NCBI GenBank assembly: GCA_050943615.1
Contig: JBMNPN010000001.1
Location: forward strand, 33,825 to 97,824
Direction: 5' to 3'
Origin: Coriobacteriales bacterium
GTDB lineage: Bacteria; Actinomycetota; Coriobacteriia; Coriobacteriales; QAMH01
DNA length: 64,000 bases
Shown here: positions 39,120-49,891 of the stretch, in pieces
How the letters are laid out: the number at the start of each line of letters is the position of its first letter
Position numbering within the stretch: position 1 is the first letter of the stretch
Translations under genes and position numbers: made by a program
Notes under the pieces: generated by a model
What the model saw: only the letters and a program-made list of their open reading frames with translations
Databases searched by the model: none
Told to the model about the DNA's origin: nothing

Positions 39120-40109
39120 ATGAAACGAGCTGCAATCACCGGAGTGACGGGCATGATCGGCTCCGCACTCGCCGACCTGTTGTCCGAGCAGGGCGTCGAG
39201 GTAATCGCCGTTGCCAACCCCAATTCCAAGCGACTTTCCGAATCGGTGGCAGATGACGACCCGAACATTACCATCCTGCCCCTGTCGGGATCCGAATACG
39301 ATGAGTTTGCCCAAGGTCCCGTTGCCGCAAAGCTTCCGCGCTGCGATGTGTTCTTCCACCTTGCCTGGGACGGCACCTTTGGGCCCGAGCGCGCGGACGC
39401 GGAGCGCCAGGCCGCAAACGTCGAGATGTCCCTTGCCGCCGTCCGGCTGGCCGCCGCGCTGGGCTGCAAGCGCTTCGTGTTCGCGGGTAGCCAGGCCGAA
39501 TACGGAAAGCTCGAGGGCAAGTTCTCGGCAGACACGCCCTGCCATCCCATTACAGAGTACGGGAAGGCCAAGTTCGAGGCGGAGAAAAAGACCCGCGAGC
39601 TGTGCCACGAGCTGGGGCTCGAGCACATCGCCGCGCGCATCGGCTCTGCCTACGGGCCGGGCGACAACGACGGCACCGTGCTCATCCAGGCCATATGGCA
39701 TGCCTGGCACGAGGAGCCCTTTGCCTGCACGAAAGGCGAGCAGCTCTGGGACCACATCTACTGCGAGGACGCGGCCGATGCCCTGCGCCTGATGGGCGAG
39801 AAGGGCAAGGCGGATGCCGTCTATCCAGTTGGCACGGGTCATGCCGAGCCGCTGCGCGAGCACATCCAGATGGCCTGCGAGGTCTGCAACCCCGACTTCA
39901 CCCCCGACTTTGGCGCGCTTGAGTACCCTAAAGACCAGGTGATGTACTTGTGCGCGGACATCTCCCAGCTCACAAAGGACACGGGCTTCCAGGCGCTCGT
40001 TCCCTTCGAGCAGGGAATCTACCGCACGGCCGAGTGGTACCGCGACATGATCACGCGCGTTCCCGAGATGCCCTGGCAAAAGCACGGGGGGCTTGATGTC
40101 ATCGCCTAG
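39120..40109 (+). CDS. NAD-dependent epimerase/dehydratase (extended SDR)
   Basis: AAITGVTGMIGSAL Rossmann motif, YGKAK catalytic motif. Confidence 0.85.
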   Translation: MKRAAITGVTGMIGSALADLLSEQGVEVIAVANPNSKRLSESVADDDPNITILPLSGSEYDEFAQGPVAAKLPRCDVFFHLAWDGTFGPERADAERQAANVEMSLAAVRLAAALGCKRFVFAGSQAEYGKLEGKFSADTPCHPITEYGKAKFEAEKKTRELCHELGLEHIAARIGSAYGPGDNDGTVLIQAIWHAWHEEPFACTKGEQLWDHIYCEDAADALRLMGEKGKADAVYPVGTGHAEPLREHIQMACEVCNPDFTPDFGALEYPKDQVMYLCADISQLTKDTGFQALVPFEQGIYRTAEWYRDMITRVPEMPWQKHGGLDVIA

Positions 40110-41160
40110 CAGCATACCGCGCGAGACTCCCAGCGCTGCCTACCAGGACGCGCAGGCAGCGGCCGGCGCTTCTTCTCAAGCGCAGGCGGGGGAGGTGCCG
40201 AAGGCCCCCGCGCCAGAGGTTCGCAGGAAGAAGATCAGCATCCTCGTGCCCTGCTACAACGAGGAGGACAACGTCATCCCCATCAGCGAGGCCATCATCG
40301 ACGTTCTGGAACGCGAGCTTTCTGAATACGACTACGAGCTCCTCTTTATCGACAACTGCTCGACGGACCTGACCCGGCCGCGCCTGCGCCAGCTGTGCGC
40401 GGGCAACCGCAAGATCCGCGCCATCTTCAACGCCAAGAACTTCGGGCAGTTCAACTCCCCGTATTACGGCCTCATGCAGACGACGGGAGACTGCGCCATC
40501 TGCATCTGCGCCGACTTCCAGGACCCGCCCGAGCTCATTCCGCGTTTCGTGGAGGAATGGGAGAAGGGCGCGCAGATCGTCTGCGGCATCAAGACGTCCT
40601 CGCAGGAGAGCAAGTTCATGTACTGGCTGCGCACGCGCTACTACCGCTTCATCCAGAAGGCAAGCGATGTCGAGCAGATCGAGCACTTCACCGGCTTTGG
40701 GCTTTACGACCGCAGCTTTCTCGAGGTCATGCGCGGGCTGGACGACCCGACGCCGTTTCTGCGCGGTATCGTGGCCGAGCTCGGCGGCAAGCGCGTCGAC
40801 ATCGAGTACGAGCAGGCCGAGCGAAAGCACGGCAAGACCCACAACAACTGGTACACGCTCTACGATGCGGCGATGCTGAGCTTTACCTCGTATACCAAGG
40901 TGCCCCTGCGCGTGGCGACCATCGGCGGCTTTGTCATGTCGGTCTTCTTCATCCTGCTCGCCATCGTTCTCTTCATCGTCAAGCTCGTGAACTGGCATGC
41001 GTTTGCCGGGGGACAGGTCTCCATCCTCATCGTCACGCTCCTCATGGGCTCGATCATTCTCTTTTTCCTGGGATTGCTGGGAGAGTACATCATGAGCATC
41101 GCGCAGCGGGTCATGCACCGGCCCTTGGTCGTCGAAGAAGAGCGAATCAACTTCTCATGA
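40096..41160 (+). CDS. GT2 polyprenyl-phosphate glycosyltransferase (ArnC/GtrB/Ppm1-like) with two C-terminal TMs
   Basis: ISILVPCYNEEDN, IDNCSTD, CADFQDPPE plus C-terminal hydrophobic helices. Overlaps the SDR stop by 14 nt. Confidence 0.85.
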   Translation: MSSPSSIPRETPSAAYQDAQAAAGASSQAQAGEVPKAPAPEVRRKKISILVPCYNEEDNVIPISEAIIDVLERELSEYDYELLFIDNCSTDLTRPRLRQLCAGNRKIRAIFNAKNFGQFNSPYYGLMQTTGDCAICICADFQDPPELIPRFVEEWEKGAQIVCGIKTSSQESKFMYWLRTRYYRFIQKASDVEQIEHFTGFGLYDRSFLEVMRGLDDPTPFLRGIVAELGGKRVDIEYEQAERKHGKTHNNWYTLYDAAMLSFTSYTKVPLRVATIGGFVMSVFFILLAIVLFIVKLVNWHAFAGGQVSILIVTLLMGSIILFFLGLLGEYIMSIAQRVMHRPLVVEEERINFS

Positions 41161-42719
41161 AGAGGCGTTTTCTCCCACAGGAAACCACTCGCCGCTACGA
41201 TGTCATCTACCATGCCGGTGTCGGGCTGCTCATGGTCGTCGTCGGCATCTACCTCGTCTATCTGGGTGCGACGACATCCCTGTGGCTCGACGACATCTTC
41301 CAGGTCGAGTACTGCCGCTCGACCACGTTTGCGCAGATCCTCCTTATCGACCCGCTCACGCCACCGCTCTTCAACGTGTTCGTATGGTGCTGGTACCGCA
41401 TCGTGCCCTATGGCGAGATCTGGCTGCGCCTGCCCTCGATCGCCTTCGTGCTCGCGTGCCTGCCCCTGATTGCGGCGACGGGGCGGCGCATGGGCGGCAG
41501 GCGCACGGGCTTTCTCTCAGCATTCCTGCTCGCCATCAACGCCAAGGTGCTCAGCCAGATGGCGCTCAGCTTCAGGGCCTATGCGCTGCTGCTCTTCCTG
41601 TCCACGTTGCTCATCTACCTGTACGTCCGTCGCGTCCAGACGCCCAAGGACGAGGTCAGCTGGAAGCTCAGCATCGGAACCGGGCTTGCGATGCTCGCCC
41701 TCGGCTACACGCACTACTTTGGCGTGGTTCTGTGCTGCGCGTTCTTCATCATCGACCTCTACCTGGTCGTGCGACGGCGTCTCGATGGAATCCGCGCCAA
41801 GGTCTTCGTGCCGTATGCTATCGCGCTCGTCGGCTACATCCCTTGGGCCGTTGTCGCAGCGGGCGCCTTGACGCACACGGTGAACGCGACCGCCACGTCG
41901 GCTGCCTCGACGCGCTGGCATGAGGCATCGAGCAACCTGACGGTGCACGGGCTTCTCTATTGGCTGTGCGGGGAGTGCGCCGAGACGCTCGGATTCTTCC
42001 ACGTCGCGGCCATCATTGTGCTGGTCGTTGCCGTCTACCGCTGCGTGCGCCGTACCTTTGACTGGCGATCCGAAATGCCGGTGCTCGCGCTGGTCGTCAT
42101 CACCATCGTGTTCATTGCCGGGATGTGGGCCTACACGCATCTCGTGAACACGTCGTCCACGCTGTGGGTCGAGCGCTATTTCACGCCGCTCGTGCCCTGC
42201 ATCGCCCTTGCCACGGGCTGGGGCATCGCAAAGATCTTTTCCTGGATTCCCACGACCGACCCCGTTCGCTTCATCGCGGCGTTCCTGTGCGTCGTGCTGC
42301 TCGTCCCGACCACGCTCGGCACGGTGCACAACGACCTTTCCGAGGGTTCGAGCACGCGCTTCTACGCGCATCTCACGGAGTACCTCGAGAGTCGTTCCGA
42401 CATTTCGAGCGACAAGACTTGCGTGCTCGCCCTGATCGACACGACGGGGCGGGGACAGCAGATCGAGGGCTGGAAGCACTATTACTTCAATCGCAAGGAC
42501 ACGCGCGATTTCAAGGTGACCATCTGGGACGGTCTCGACCCGAGCGTCATCGTGAACCCCGAGGACCTGCTCCAGTTCGACACCATCTATGTGACGCGCC
42601 AGCACTTTGACCCGCAGCTTCCCAAGACCTACGAGCGCCTGTTCAGGGAACACTACAAGAAGCACTCCACGACAAACCCCGGTTGGGGCGAGACGACCTA
42701 CTACACGCGCATTGACTAA
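41157..42719 (+). CDS. GT-C glycosyltransferase (PMT_2 / ArnT-like)
   Basis: ATGA overlap with the GT2. Polytopic, with LWLDDIF (DD motif) in the first external loop and a C-terminal soluble domain. Confidence 0.8.
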   Translation: MKRRFLPQETTRRYDVIYHAGVGLLMVVVGIYLVYLGATTSLWLDDIFQVEYCRSTTFAQILLIDPLTPPLFNVFVWCWYRIVPYGEIWLRLPSIAFVLACLPLIAATGRRMGGRRTGFLSAFLLAINAKVLSQMALSFRAYALLLFLSTLLIYLYVRRVQTPKDEVSWKLSIGTGLAMLALGYTHYFGVVLCCAFFIIDLYLVVRRRLDGIRAKVFVPYAIALVGYIPWAVVAAGALTHTVNATATSAASTRWHEASSNLTVHGLLYWLCGECAETLGFFHVAAIIVLVVAVYRCVRRTFDWRSEMPVLALVVITIVFIAGMWAYTHLVNTSSTLWVERYFTPLVPCIALATGWGIAKIFSWIPTTDPVRFIAAFLCVVLLVPTTLGTVHNDLSEGSSTRFYAHLTEYLESRSDISSDKTCVLALIDTTGRGQQIEGWKHYYFNRKDTRDFKVTIWDGLDPSVIVNPEDLLQFDTIYVTRQHFDPQLPKTYERLFREHYKKHSTTNPGWGETTYYTRID

Positions 42720-42751
42720 ACCGTGGGAAATCCCGCGCGTAGCAAGCAGGC

Positions 42752-44674
42752 TCAGCTGAAGTCCCAGTTGCTGCTGTCCTTGTACGAGATGGTTTCGGTG
42801 GTCGTGGGGAACTGCTCGACTGACTTGTCCTCGAGCACGGCGGTCATATAATCGTGCCAGATGGGTGCCGGTATCGTGCCACCATACAGCGAAGTCGATT
42901 TTTCTGTTCGGTACCCGCACCACACTGCCGTCGAGTACTGGGGCGTGAAGCCGCAGAACCACAGGTCGCGTCCGTGCTCGGAGGTACCGGTCTTGCCCGC
43001 GCAGGGCTGGTCGGTGTCAAGCGCGGCTCCCGTTCCGGTGCCGTACTCCACGACGGTTTCCAGGATCTCGGTTGCCTTCTGCGCAACGGCTGCAGAAATC
43101 GCGCGCGTGCCTGCCGTGTACTCGTGGGTGTAGACGGTCTCGCCGGATGCGTCGACGATGTCGGTGACGCAGACGGGCTCGTGGTAGATACCTCCGTTGG
43201 CTATGGTCGCGTAGGCCGATGCCATCTCGAGCGGATTGACGCCCTGCGTGCCCAGGGTGATGGAGTCATATGCCTGCAGGTCCGAGGTGATGCCGCACGC
43301 CTTGGCGGCGTCGACGACCTTGCTTGCGCCCAGTCCGTGGCACAGGCGCGCATAGACCGTGTTCACGGAGTAGGTGGTGGCGTCGGTGATGCTCATGTCG
43401 CCGCCGCCTTCGCCCTCGGAGTTGCTGACCTCCCAATTGCTGCCGACCGTTCCTGGAGAGCTGTTGATATAGGTGTTGTCGGGGTCGACGCCGGCGGTGA
43501 GTGCGGCAAGGAGCGTGAAGGTCTTGAACGAGGACCCCGCCTGTCTGCTCATCTGGGTCGCCAAGTTGAACTTGTTCTTCTTGTAATCCCTTCCGCCGAC
43601 CATGGCGACGATGTTACCGTTTTCGGGGTCGACCGAGACGAGTGCCCCGTCCATCTCGGAACCATAGGAGGAGAGATTCGACTCGACCGCTTTGTTCGCG
43701 GCCTTCTGCGCCGTGGCGTCGAGCGTCGTGTAGACGTTCAGCCCGCCATGGGAAAGCTCCGCCTGCGAGAAGTGCCCCGAGTTGCTGAGCTGCGTTTTCA
43801 CATAGTCGACAAAGTAGGGCGCGATGTTCGAGACGCTGCCATCGGAGCCCGTTTCCTTTGCCAGCTTTGGTTTCTTGTTGATAACGCTGTCATATTGCTC
43901 TTGGGTGATATAGCCGTTCTTGAGCATTCGCTCCAGCACGATTGCACGGCGCTTTAACGCCTTCTTGTAGTGTTTGCGCGGATTGTTGGCAGTGGGGGAT
44001 TGCGGAATGCCCACGAGCATTGCCGCCTCTGAAAGCGAAAGCTCGCTTGCGTGCTTGCCGAAGTAGTCCTGGCTGGCTGCCTCGATGCCGTAGTTGCCGT
44101 CGCCGTAGTTCACGACGTTGAGGTACATCGTGAGAATGTCGTCTTTCGAGTACATCTCCTCGACCTTGAGGGCAATGTACATCTCCCGGATCTTCCTCTT
44201 GACGGTGCGGTCCTGCATCTCGTCGAGCAGCACCGTGTTGCGCACGAGCTGTTGGGTGATGGTCGAGGCTCCTTCCGAGGTCCCACCGGATGAGGCGTTC
44301 ACGAACAGCGCGCGCACGATGCCGTAGGGGTCGATGCCGTGATGGCTGTAGAAGCGCTCGTCTTCTGTCGCTACCGTTCCCTCGCGAACGTAGTCGCTCA
44401 TCTCGTCGCCATCTACGTGGATGCGGTTTTCCAGATAGAGCTTGGCGAGCACGGTCTTTCGGTCGCTGGCGTAGACGGTTGTGACACCGGAGTTGGTGTA
44501 GGAGGAGATGTTGCTGTAATCGGGAAGGTCGGAAAGCCAAGTCGAGGCAAAGCACAGGCAGGTGAACGCGCCTAGGAAGAGCACTCCGACGATGGCGCCG
44601 AAGACAACCAGGAACTTTACGGTTCGACGTTGGGCACGGTCGCGACGTCGGCGCTTTCGCTTGAGAGCTGGCAC
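42752..44674 (-). CDS. class A penicillin-binding protein (GT51 transglycosylase + transpeptidase)
   Basis: EDERFYSHHGID, GASTITQQLVRN (GT51), SSFK and KTGT transpeptidase motifs; GTG start. Confidence 0.9.
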   Translation of the reverse strand: MPALKRKRRRRDRAQRRTVKFLVVFGAIVGVLFLGAFTCLCFASTWLSDLPDYSNISSYTNSGVTTVYASDRKTVLAKLYLENRIHVDGDEMSDYVREGTVATEDERFYSHHGIDPYGIVRALFVNASSGGTSEGASTITQQLVRNTVLLDEMQDRTVKRKIREMYIALKVEEMYSKDDILTMYLNVVNYGDGNYGIEAASQDYFGKHASELSLSEAAMLVGIPQSPTANNPRKHYKKALKRRAIVLERMLKNGYITQEQYDSVINKKPKLAKETGSDGSVSNIAPYFVDYVKTQLSNSGHFSQAELSHGGLNVYTTLDATAQKAANKAVESNLSSYGSEMDGALVSVDPENGNIVAMVGGRDYKKNKFNLATQMSRQAGSSFKTFTLLAALTAGVDPDNTYINSSPGTVGSNWEVSNSEGEGGGDMSITDATTYSVNTVYARLCHGLGASKVVDAAKACGITSDLQAYDSITLGTQGVNPLEMASAYATIANGGIYHEPVCVTDIVDASGETVYTHEYTAGTRAISAAVAQKATEILETVVEYGTGTGAALDTDQPCAGKTGTSEHGRDLWFCGFTPQYSTAVWCGYRTEKSTSLYGGTIPAPIWHDYMTAVLEDKSVEQFPTTTETISYKDSSNWDFS

Positions 44675-44823
44675 GCACTCCTCGTTTCTCTTGAGTCAAC
44701 TGTTTCCCTATTATGCCCCAAAACGCCCCCACGCTCTTTTCAGGTATCGGGAAAGGCGCAACATGACGGTATACCGTAAGTAGCCAAGGAGAGGGTTTCG
44801 CGCGCTGTTGAAAAGCGGTGGCA

Positions 44824-44866
44824 TGAAAAGCGGGCCGCGGTTGGGGAAGCCCCAACCGCTGCCCGC
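44824..44866 (-). terminator. intrinsic terminator after the L,D-transpeptidase gene
   Basis: 17-bp stem (one mismatch) GCGGGCAGCGGTTGGGG/CCCCAACCGCGGCCCGC on the minus strand, followed by TTTTCAT. Confidence 0.7.
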
Positions 44867-44895
44867 TGCCTTGTCAGAGGGGTTCTATGTCCTGT

Positions 44896-46455
44896 CTAGT
44901 AGGAGACAATCTTCGATCCCCTGGGGACGTTGTTGTAGATGTACTTGGCATTGCCGATTGCCATGCGCACGCAGCCGTGGCTGACGTGTGCACCGAGCGT
45001 GCCGTCCATGACGCTGTGGGTGTTGGCGTAGTAGAGAATCGAATGGAAGAGGTAGTTGCCATAGATCTGCGTTGCGTAGTAGCAGCTATAGCCCTTCTCC
45101 TCGCCAAACGAGTAGCTCTTGGACCCGACATAGAACGTGCCGCGCACCGTGGGCGTGCTGTAGGAGCCAGGGCTGCAGACGATGAAGCGCTTCAGCTTCC
45201 AGCTGCCCTTCGATCCGTGGAAGACGGCCACGCGGCAGTTGCTGTAATCGAGCAGGATGAGCCATTTCGTGGGGCTCGAGTACTTCTGCGCCTTGCGGTA
45301 CATGATGAGCGCGCGACCGTGCAAGCTGAGCTTTTTGGTGACGTAGTTGCCCGAGGTGGAACCAGGAGCGGATTTGCCCTTGAGCACGACCTTTACCTTC
45401 AGGGCGCCCAGCGAGACGTTCTTGAACTTGGTCCCGGACTTCTCGCCGTTCTTGGCCCAGCCCAGCCAGTTGTAGTCCTCGGCGTACGTCGTGTAGTAGA
45501 TGTTGTATTTCTTGGCGAGGCTGCCGGTGAGCTTGATTCTGATCGCGCGTGCCTGAGAGCTCTTCTTGTTGATGCCCGCCGTGTCAGAGGTCCATTTTGT
45601 CCACTTGCCCTTGCGGGTCAGGACCCTGTACTTGATGCCGCCCGAAAGGGTGCTCGAGACCTTGGCGCGCATCTGCTTGATGCCGACGTTGCGCTTTGCC
45701 TTACCGGCGACCTTGCCGTTCTTCTTGTAGGAAGTCCAGCCGCCTTTGGTGGACCTGACCTGGTACTTTACAGACGGGACGGTGATGTAGTGTGCTGCGG
45801 TCTCACCCGGTGCCGCCTTGCCCTTCTTGACGAGCTTGATCTGCACGCCCTTGATGCGCAGCTTGTGAGCAGTGCCTGCCCACTGGCCATTCTTGGCCCA
45901 GCCCGTCCAGCCGAGCTTGGAGACGGAGACGCGGTAATAGACGTTGTAGTGCTTTGAGACTGCGCCCGTGAGGCGGAGCTTGAACGCGTTCTCGATCTTC
46001 TTGGAAGAGGTGCTGCCAATCCATTTGCCAGCCTTCTTGGCGGTCTTGGTCTTTGCGCCCTTGGTCTTGATGCTGTAGGTCACACCTCCGGAGATGGTGC
46101 CGCCCTTGACGCTCGAGGTAGGTGCGTAGACCTTGATTTTTCCCAGGCCGCCGCCAATCGAGTGCTTGGAGCCGTCCTTGATGGTTTTTGCCTTGCTCTT
46201 GATGCCGTCGACACGGTACTTGAAGTTCGGGGTCGTCGAATAGGGGTCGACTTCGGTCGTGGAGTCATCGTCTGTGACCGTGCCCGTATCGGTGCCTGTG
46301 CCGGAAGTGTCGGTACCGGAGGTCTCCGTGCTCGTCGTATCCGTGCCAGAGGCGGTCTCGGTGTCGGTATCTGCAAGGGCGGCTGCGGGGAGCAGCGCGC
46401 CCGCAAGGGCAATGGATAGGAAACCGGCGCAAAGTCGTGTCGTGACGTTGTTCAT
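44896..46455 (-). CDS. secreted L,D-transpeptidase (YkuD) with ChW-type repeats
   Basis: Signal peptide, Thr/Asp/Gly-rich linker, at least four repeats with the Y-x-V...GW-x-W...G-x-GT pattern, C-terminal HVSHGCVRM catalytic motif. ATG 46455 after GGAGGAGAGG. Confidence 0.85.
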   Translation of the reverse strand: MNNVTTRLCAGFLSIALAGALLPAAALADTDTETASGTDTTSTETSGTDTSGTGTDTGTVTDDDSTTEVDPYSTTPNFKYRVDGIKSKAKTIKDGSKHSIGGGLGKIKVYAPTSSVKGGTISGGVTYSIKTKGAKTKTAKKAGKWIGSTSSKKIENAFKLRLTGAVSKHYNVYYRVSVSKLGWTGWAKNGQWAGTAHKLRIKGVQIKLVKKGKAAPGETAAHYITVPSVKYQVRSTKGGWTSYKKNGKVAGKAKRNVGIKQMRAKVSSTLSGGIKYRVLTRKGKWTKWTSDTAGINKKSSQARAIRIKLTGSLAKKYNIYYTTYAEDYNWLGWAKNGEKSGTKFKNVSLGALKVKVVLKGKSAPGSTSGNYVTKKLSLHGRALIMYRKAQKYSSPTKWLILLDYSNCRVAVFHGSKGSWKLKRFIVCSPGSYSTPTVRGTFYVGSKSYSFGEEKGYSCYYATQIYGNYLFHSILYYANTHSVMDGTLGAHVSHGCVRMAIGNAKYIYNNVPRGSKIVSY

Positions 46456-46744
46456 TTTTTGCCTCTCCTCCTGCGGCCACGGGCTTGTCTTGTTTTGTCT
46501 TCGTTTGCCGCGACCGTGCATGACTTGCTGGAAACGATACTACCCGTTCTGCGCACGTTCGCGTGCGGGGTCCGCGAGTTTTTCCAAAAAAGGTCGAAAT
46601 GAAGTGATTGCCTGCCTGGCGGGCGCCTTCCCGAGATTTTGCAAGGTTTGTCCGAAAACGATTCGGGAATCCTGAAAGGTGGGCTTGCTACAGTTCAAGG
46701 CGCAGGGCGCTCAAGAGCACTCGAGTGGAGAGGATGCAGGGTCG

Positions 46745-47698
46745 ATGGGTGAGACGAAGATTTCGGGTAAACGAGCCATGAGCCGCCATATGCGCTGTCT
46801 GTTCGGCGTTCTCGCGCTGGCATTGCTCGCCGCCGTTATTGCAGGCGCTCCCTGCCCGGCGCAGGCGGCGCAAGGCACAGATGTCGTCTTCTACGAGCAG
46901 AGATCGGGCGTGTGGATCGAGCTCGCCAAGGTCGAAGACGTGAGCGCGGGGATGAGCATCGCACGGCTCTTCCGCGCAGCCGGTGCCCCCGCGCCAGAGG
47001 GCCCCAGGAAAGGAGGGTATCGCTATGACCTCATAGGCTGGTCAACTTGGCCCGGCGGTACGTGCGCAAATGTCAGCACGGTCAATCTCGCCTATGCCCA
47101 GCGGGGCCCAACGGGCCAAAGCCAACTCAAGCTCTACCCCGTTTTCTCTGCTCGCCGCGTCTTTTCCAAGGGCACCTGCACGCAGGGGATGCTGGACTAC
47201 CGGATGTCCGCGGACGGGACGGCCGCGTGCACGGGTCCGGCCGGCAGGCATCTGTCCGGCAAGGTGCGCATCCCGGCAACGGTCAGATGGCGGGGGAGGG
47301 TCTATCGCGTCACCAGGGTCTCCCATGGGGCCTTTCTGCACCAGAGGTCCCTTTCGCGTGTGTACCTGGGCGCAAACGTCAGGCTCGTGGGATCTTCGGC
47401 GTTCAGGGGCTGTGCGCATCTGAAGGCTCTCAAGGGGATGGGCAGCTTGAGAAAAATTGGCACGGGTGCCTTTCGGGGGTGCACTCGTCTTGCAAGGGTC
47501 AGGTGCCTGTCGCCTCGGCTCGTCTGCATTGGTGCGCGGGCATTCTATGGCTGCAAGCGTCTCGAGCGCGTGCGCTTTACTTCCAAGAAGCTCGCAAAGA
47601 TCGGCAAGGGGGCATTTGGACATTGTCCGCATCTGCGGAGATTTTCCCTCAAGTCGAATCGGGTACCCAGAAAGGCGCTTCTTCGCGCGGGACTGTGA
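46745..47698 (+). CDS. secreted BspA-type leucine-rich-repeat protein
   Basis: Signal peptide (LALALLAAVIAGAPCPAQA) and tandem units such as IG-x-xAF-x-GC-x-xL-x-xV. Start uncertain (46745/46778/46790). Confidence 0.65.
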   Translation: MGETKISGKRAMSRHMRCLFGVLALALLAAVIAGAPCPAQAAQGTDVVFYEQRSGVWIELAKVEDVSAGMSIARLFRAAGAPAPEGPRKGGYRYDLIGWSTWPGGTCANVSTVNLAYAQRGPTGQSQLKLYPVFSARRVFSKGTCTQGMLDYRMSADGTAACTGPAGRHLSGKVRIPATVRWRGRVYRVTRVSHGAFLHQRSLSRVYLGANVRLVGSSAFRGCAHLKALKGMGSLRKIGTGAFRGCTRLARVRCLSPRLVCIGARAFYGCKRLERVRFTSKKLAKIGKGAFGHCPHLRRFSLKSNRVPRKALLRAGL

Positions 47699-47863
47699 GC
47701 CAGGCGCGATGTCCCTTCGGCTCCGTCCCTGTCCTGCAGGACACGCACGGGTCGCGTCCACGGCTCGCAAGCGAAAAATTTTCAGTTTCCCTTAAGTGCG
47801 GGTACGTATACTCTTCACCATAGAAAAACATACGATGTGCTATTTGCGCTTTAGGGAGACCCC

Positions 47864-48535
<672 letters not shown>

Positions 48536-48544
48536 GGACCTGCC

Positions 48545-49891
48545 ATGCCCGAGGAAATGAGCATGATCAAGCACTTCCACAAGCGCTTCGTGATCACCAC
48601 GATGGCGCTGCTCGCGGTGGCGACGTTCGTCATTTTCACGGCAGTTGTCGTGACGGAGTACAACCTCACCCTCAGGCAGGTGAACGAAAAGCTCGAGCAC
48701 GCCGTCAAGTCCATGGGCAATGTGATCTCGACTGATGGCGGCACGGGCACGAGTGGCTACAACGACAACTCGGACAACAAAGACGACCTGTTCAAGTCCG
48801 ATGTCGCGGGGATCGTGATCGCGACTCCGAGCATCACCATCTCAGACGACGCCACCATCTCGGTGTCGAGCGGTGGATATCGCGTCAACTCGACCGACAC
48901 CATCAGCTCCAACGAGATCCTCAGCGCCATGCAGGAAGTGGTCCCGCGGTTCTCCCAAGAGAACACGAACGTGGTGACCGGGACGTTGAAGGACTACGAC
49001 TACTACTACCGAGGCGAAGTGAAGAACGGCACGTATGCCATCGCCTTCATTCCCAAAAGCGAGTTCTGGGGTCCCTTCGGCCAGCGTCTCGCCACGATCT
49101 ACGGCTCCTGGGTCCTGCTCATGATCGCGATGTTCATCATCACGTTCTACCTATCTCGCTATGTGGCACGCCCGGTTGAGAAGGCTTGGAGCGACCAGCA
49201 GCGCTTCGTGGGCGATGCGAGTCACGAGCTCAAGACGCCGCTCACGGTCATCTTGGCCGACACGAGCATTCTCATGGACAATCCCGACAAGACGGTGACC
49301 GAGCAGATGACCTGGGTCGAGGGCATTCATTCCGAAGCGGAATCCATGCAGCACCTCACCGAAGACCTGCTCACGCTCGCACAGGCGGATGCCGGCGTCG
49401 ACATGAAGCAGGTCATGGGCACGGTTGATTTCAGCTCGATTGTCGAAGGCCAGGTGCTGCAGTTCGATGCCGTCGCCTTTGAACGCGGCCTCACCATTGC
49501 CGATGACGTCGAGCCGGCGCTCACGGTGATGGGCGATTCGATGCGCCTGGAGAACATGGTCAAGACGCTGCTCGAGAACGCGTGCAAATATGCTCCCACC
49601 TCGACGGAGATCGGCGTGAAGCTCGAGCGGGCCAAGGGAAACGCGCAACTCACGATCCACAACGGGGGCGACCCGATTCCCAAGGAGGACCTGCCCCATC
49701 TGTTCGACCGCTTCTACCGCTCCGACAAGGCGCGCACGCACGAGGGAGAGGCGACGAGCTTTGGGCTGGGGCTCTCCATTGCCAAGTCGACCGCCGAACT
49801 CCATGATGGGACCATCTCCGTGAAATCCGATGCGGACGGGACGGACTTCATCGTGAAGATTCCGCTTGCCAAGCAGGCTAAGAAAAACTGA
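48545..49891 (+). CDS. sensor histidine kinase
   Basis: Two TMs flanking an extracytoplasmic domain, H-box FVGDASHELKTPL, N/G boxes. Confidence 0.9.
   Translation: MPEEMSMIKHFHKRFVITTMALLAVATFVIFTAVVVTEYNLTLRQVNEKLEHAVKSMGNVISTDGGTGTSGYNDNSDNKDDLFKSDVAGIVIATPSITISDDATISVSSGGYRVNSTDTISSNEILSAMQEVVPRFSQENTNVVTGTLKDYDYYYRGEVKNGTYAIAFIPKSEFWGPFGQRLATIYGSWVLLMIAMFIITFYLSRYVARPVEKAWSDQQRFVGDASHELKTPLTVILADTSILMDNPDKTVTEQMTWVEGIHSEAESMQHLTEDLLTLAQADAGVDMKQVMGTVDFSSIVEGQVLQFDAVAFERGLTIADDVEPALTVMGDSMRLENMVKTLLENACKYAPTSTEIGVKLERAKGNAQLTIHNGGDPIPKEDLPHLFDRFYRSDKARTHEGEATSFGLGLSIAKSTAELHDGTISVKSDADGTDFIVKIPLAKQAKKN

Noticed and set aside
47730-47743. Perfect 14-nt palindrome TGTCCTGCAGGACA after the LRR gene
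   Set aside because: As a hairpin it has only a 5-bp stem with a 4-nt loop and no T-run, so it is not a convincing terminator. There is a single copy, so there is insufficient support for an operator call.
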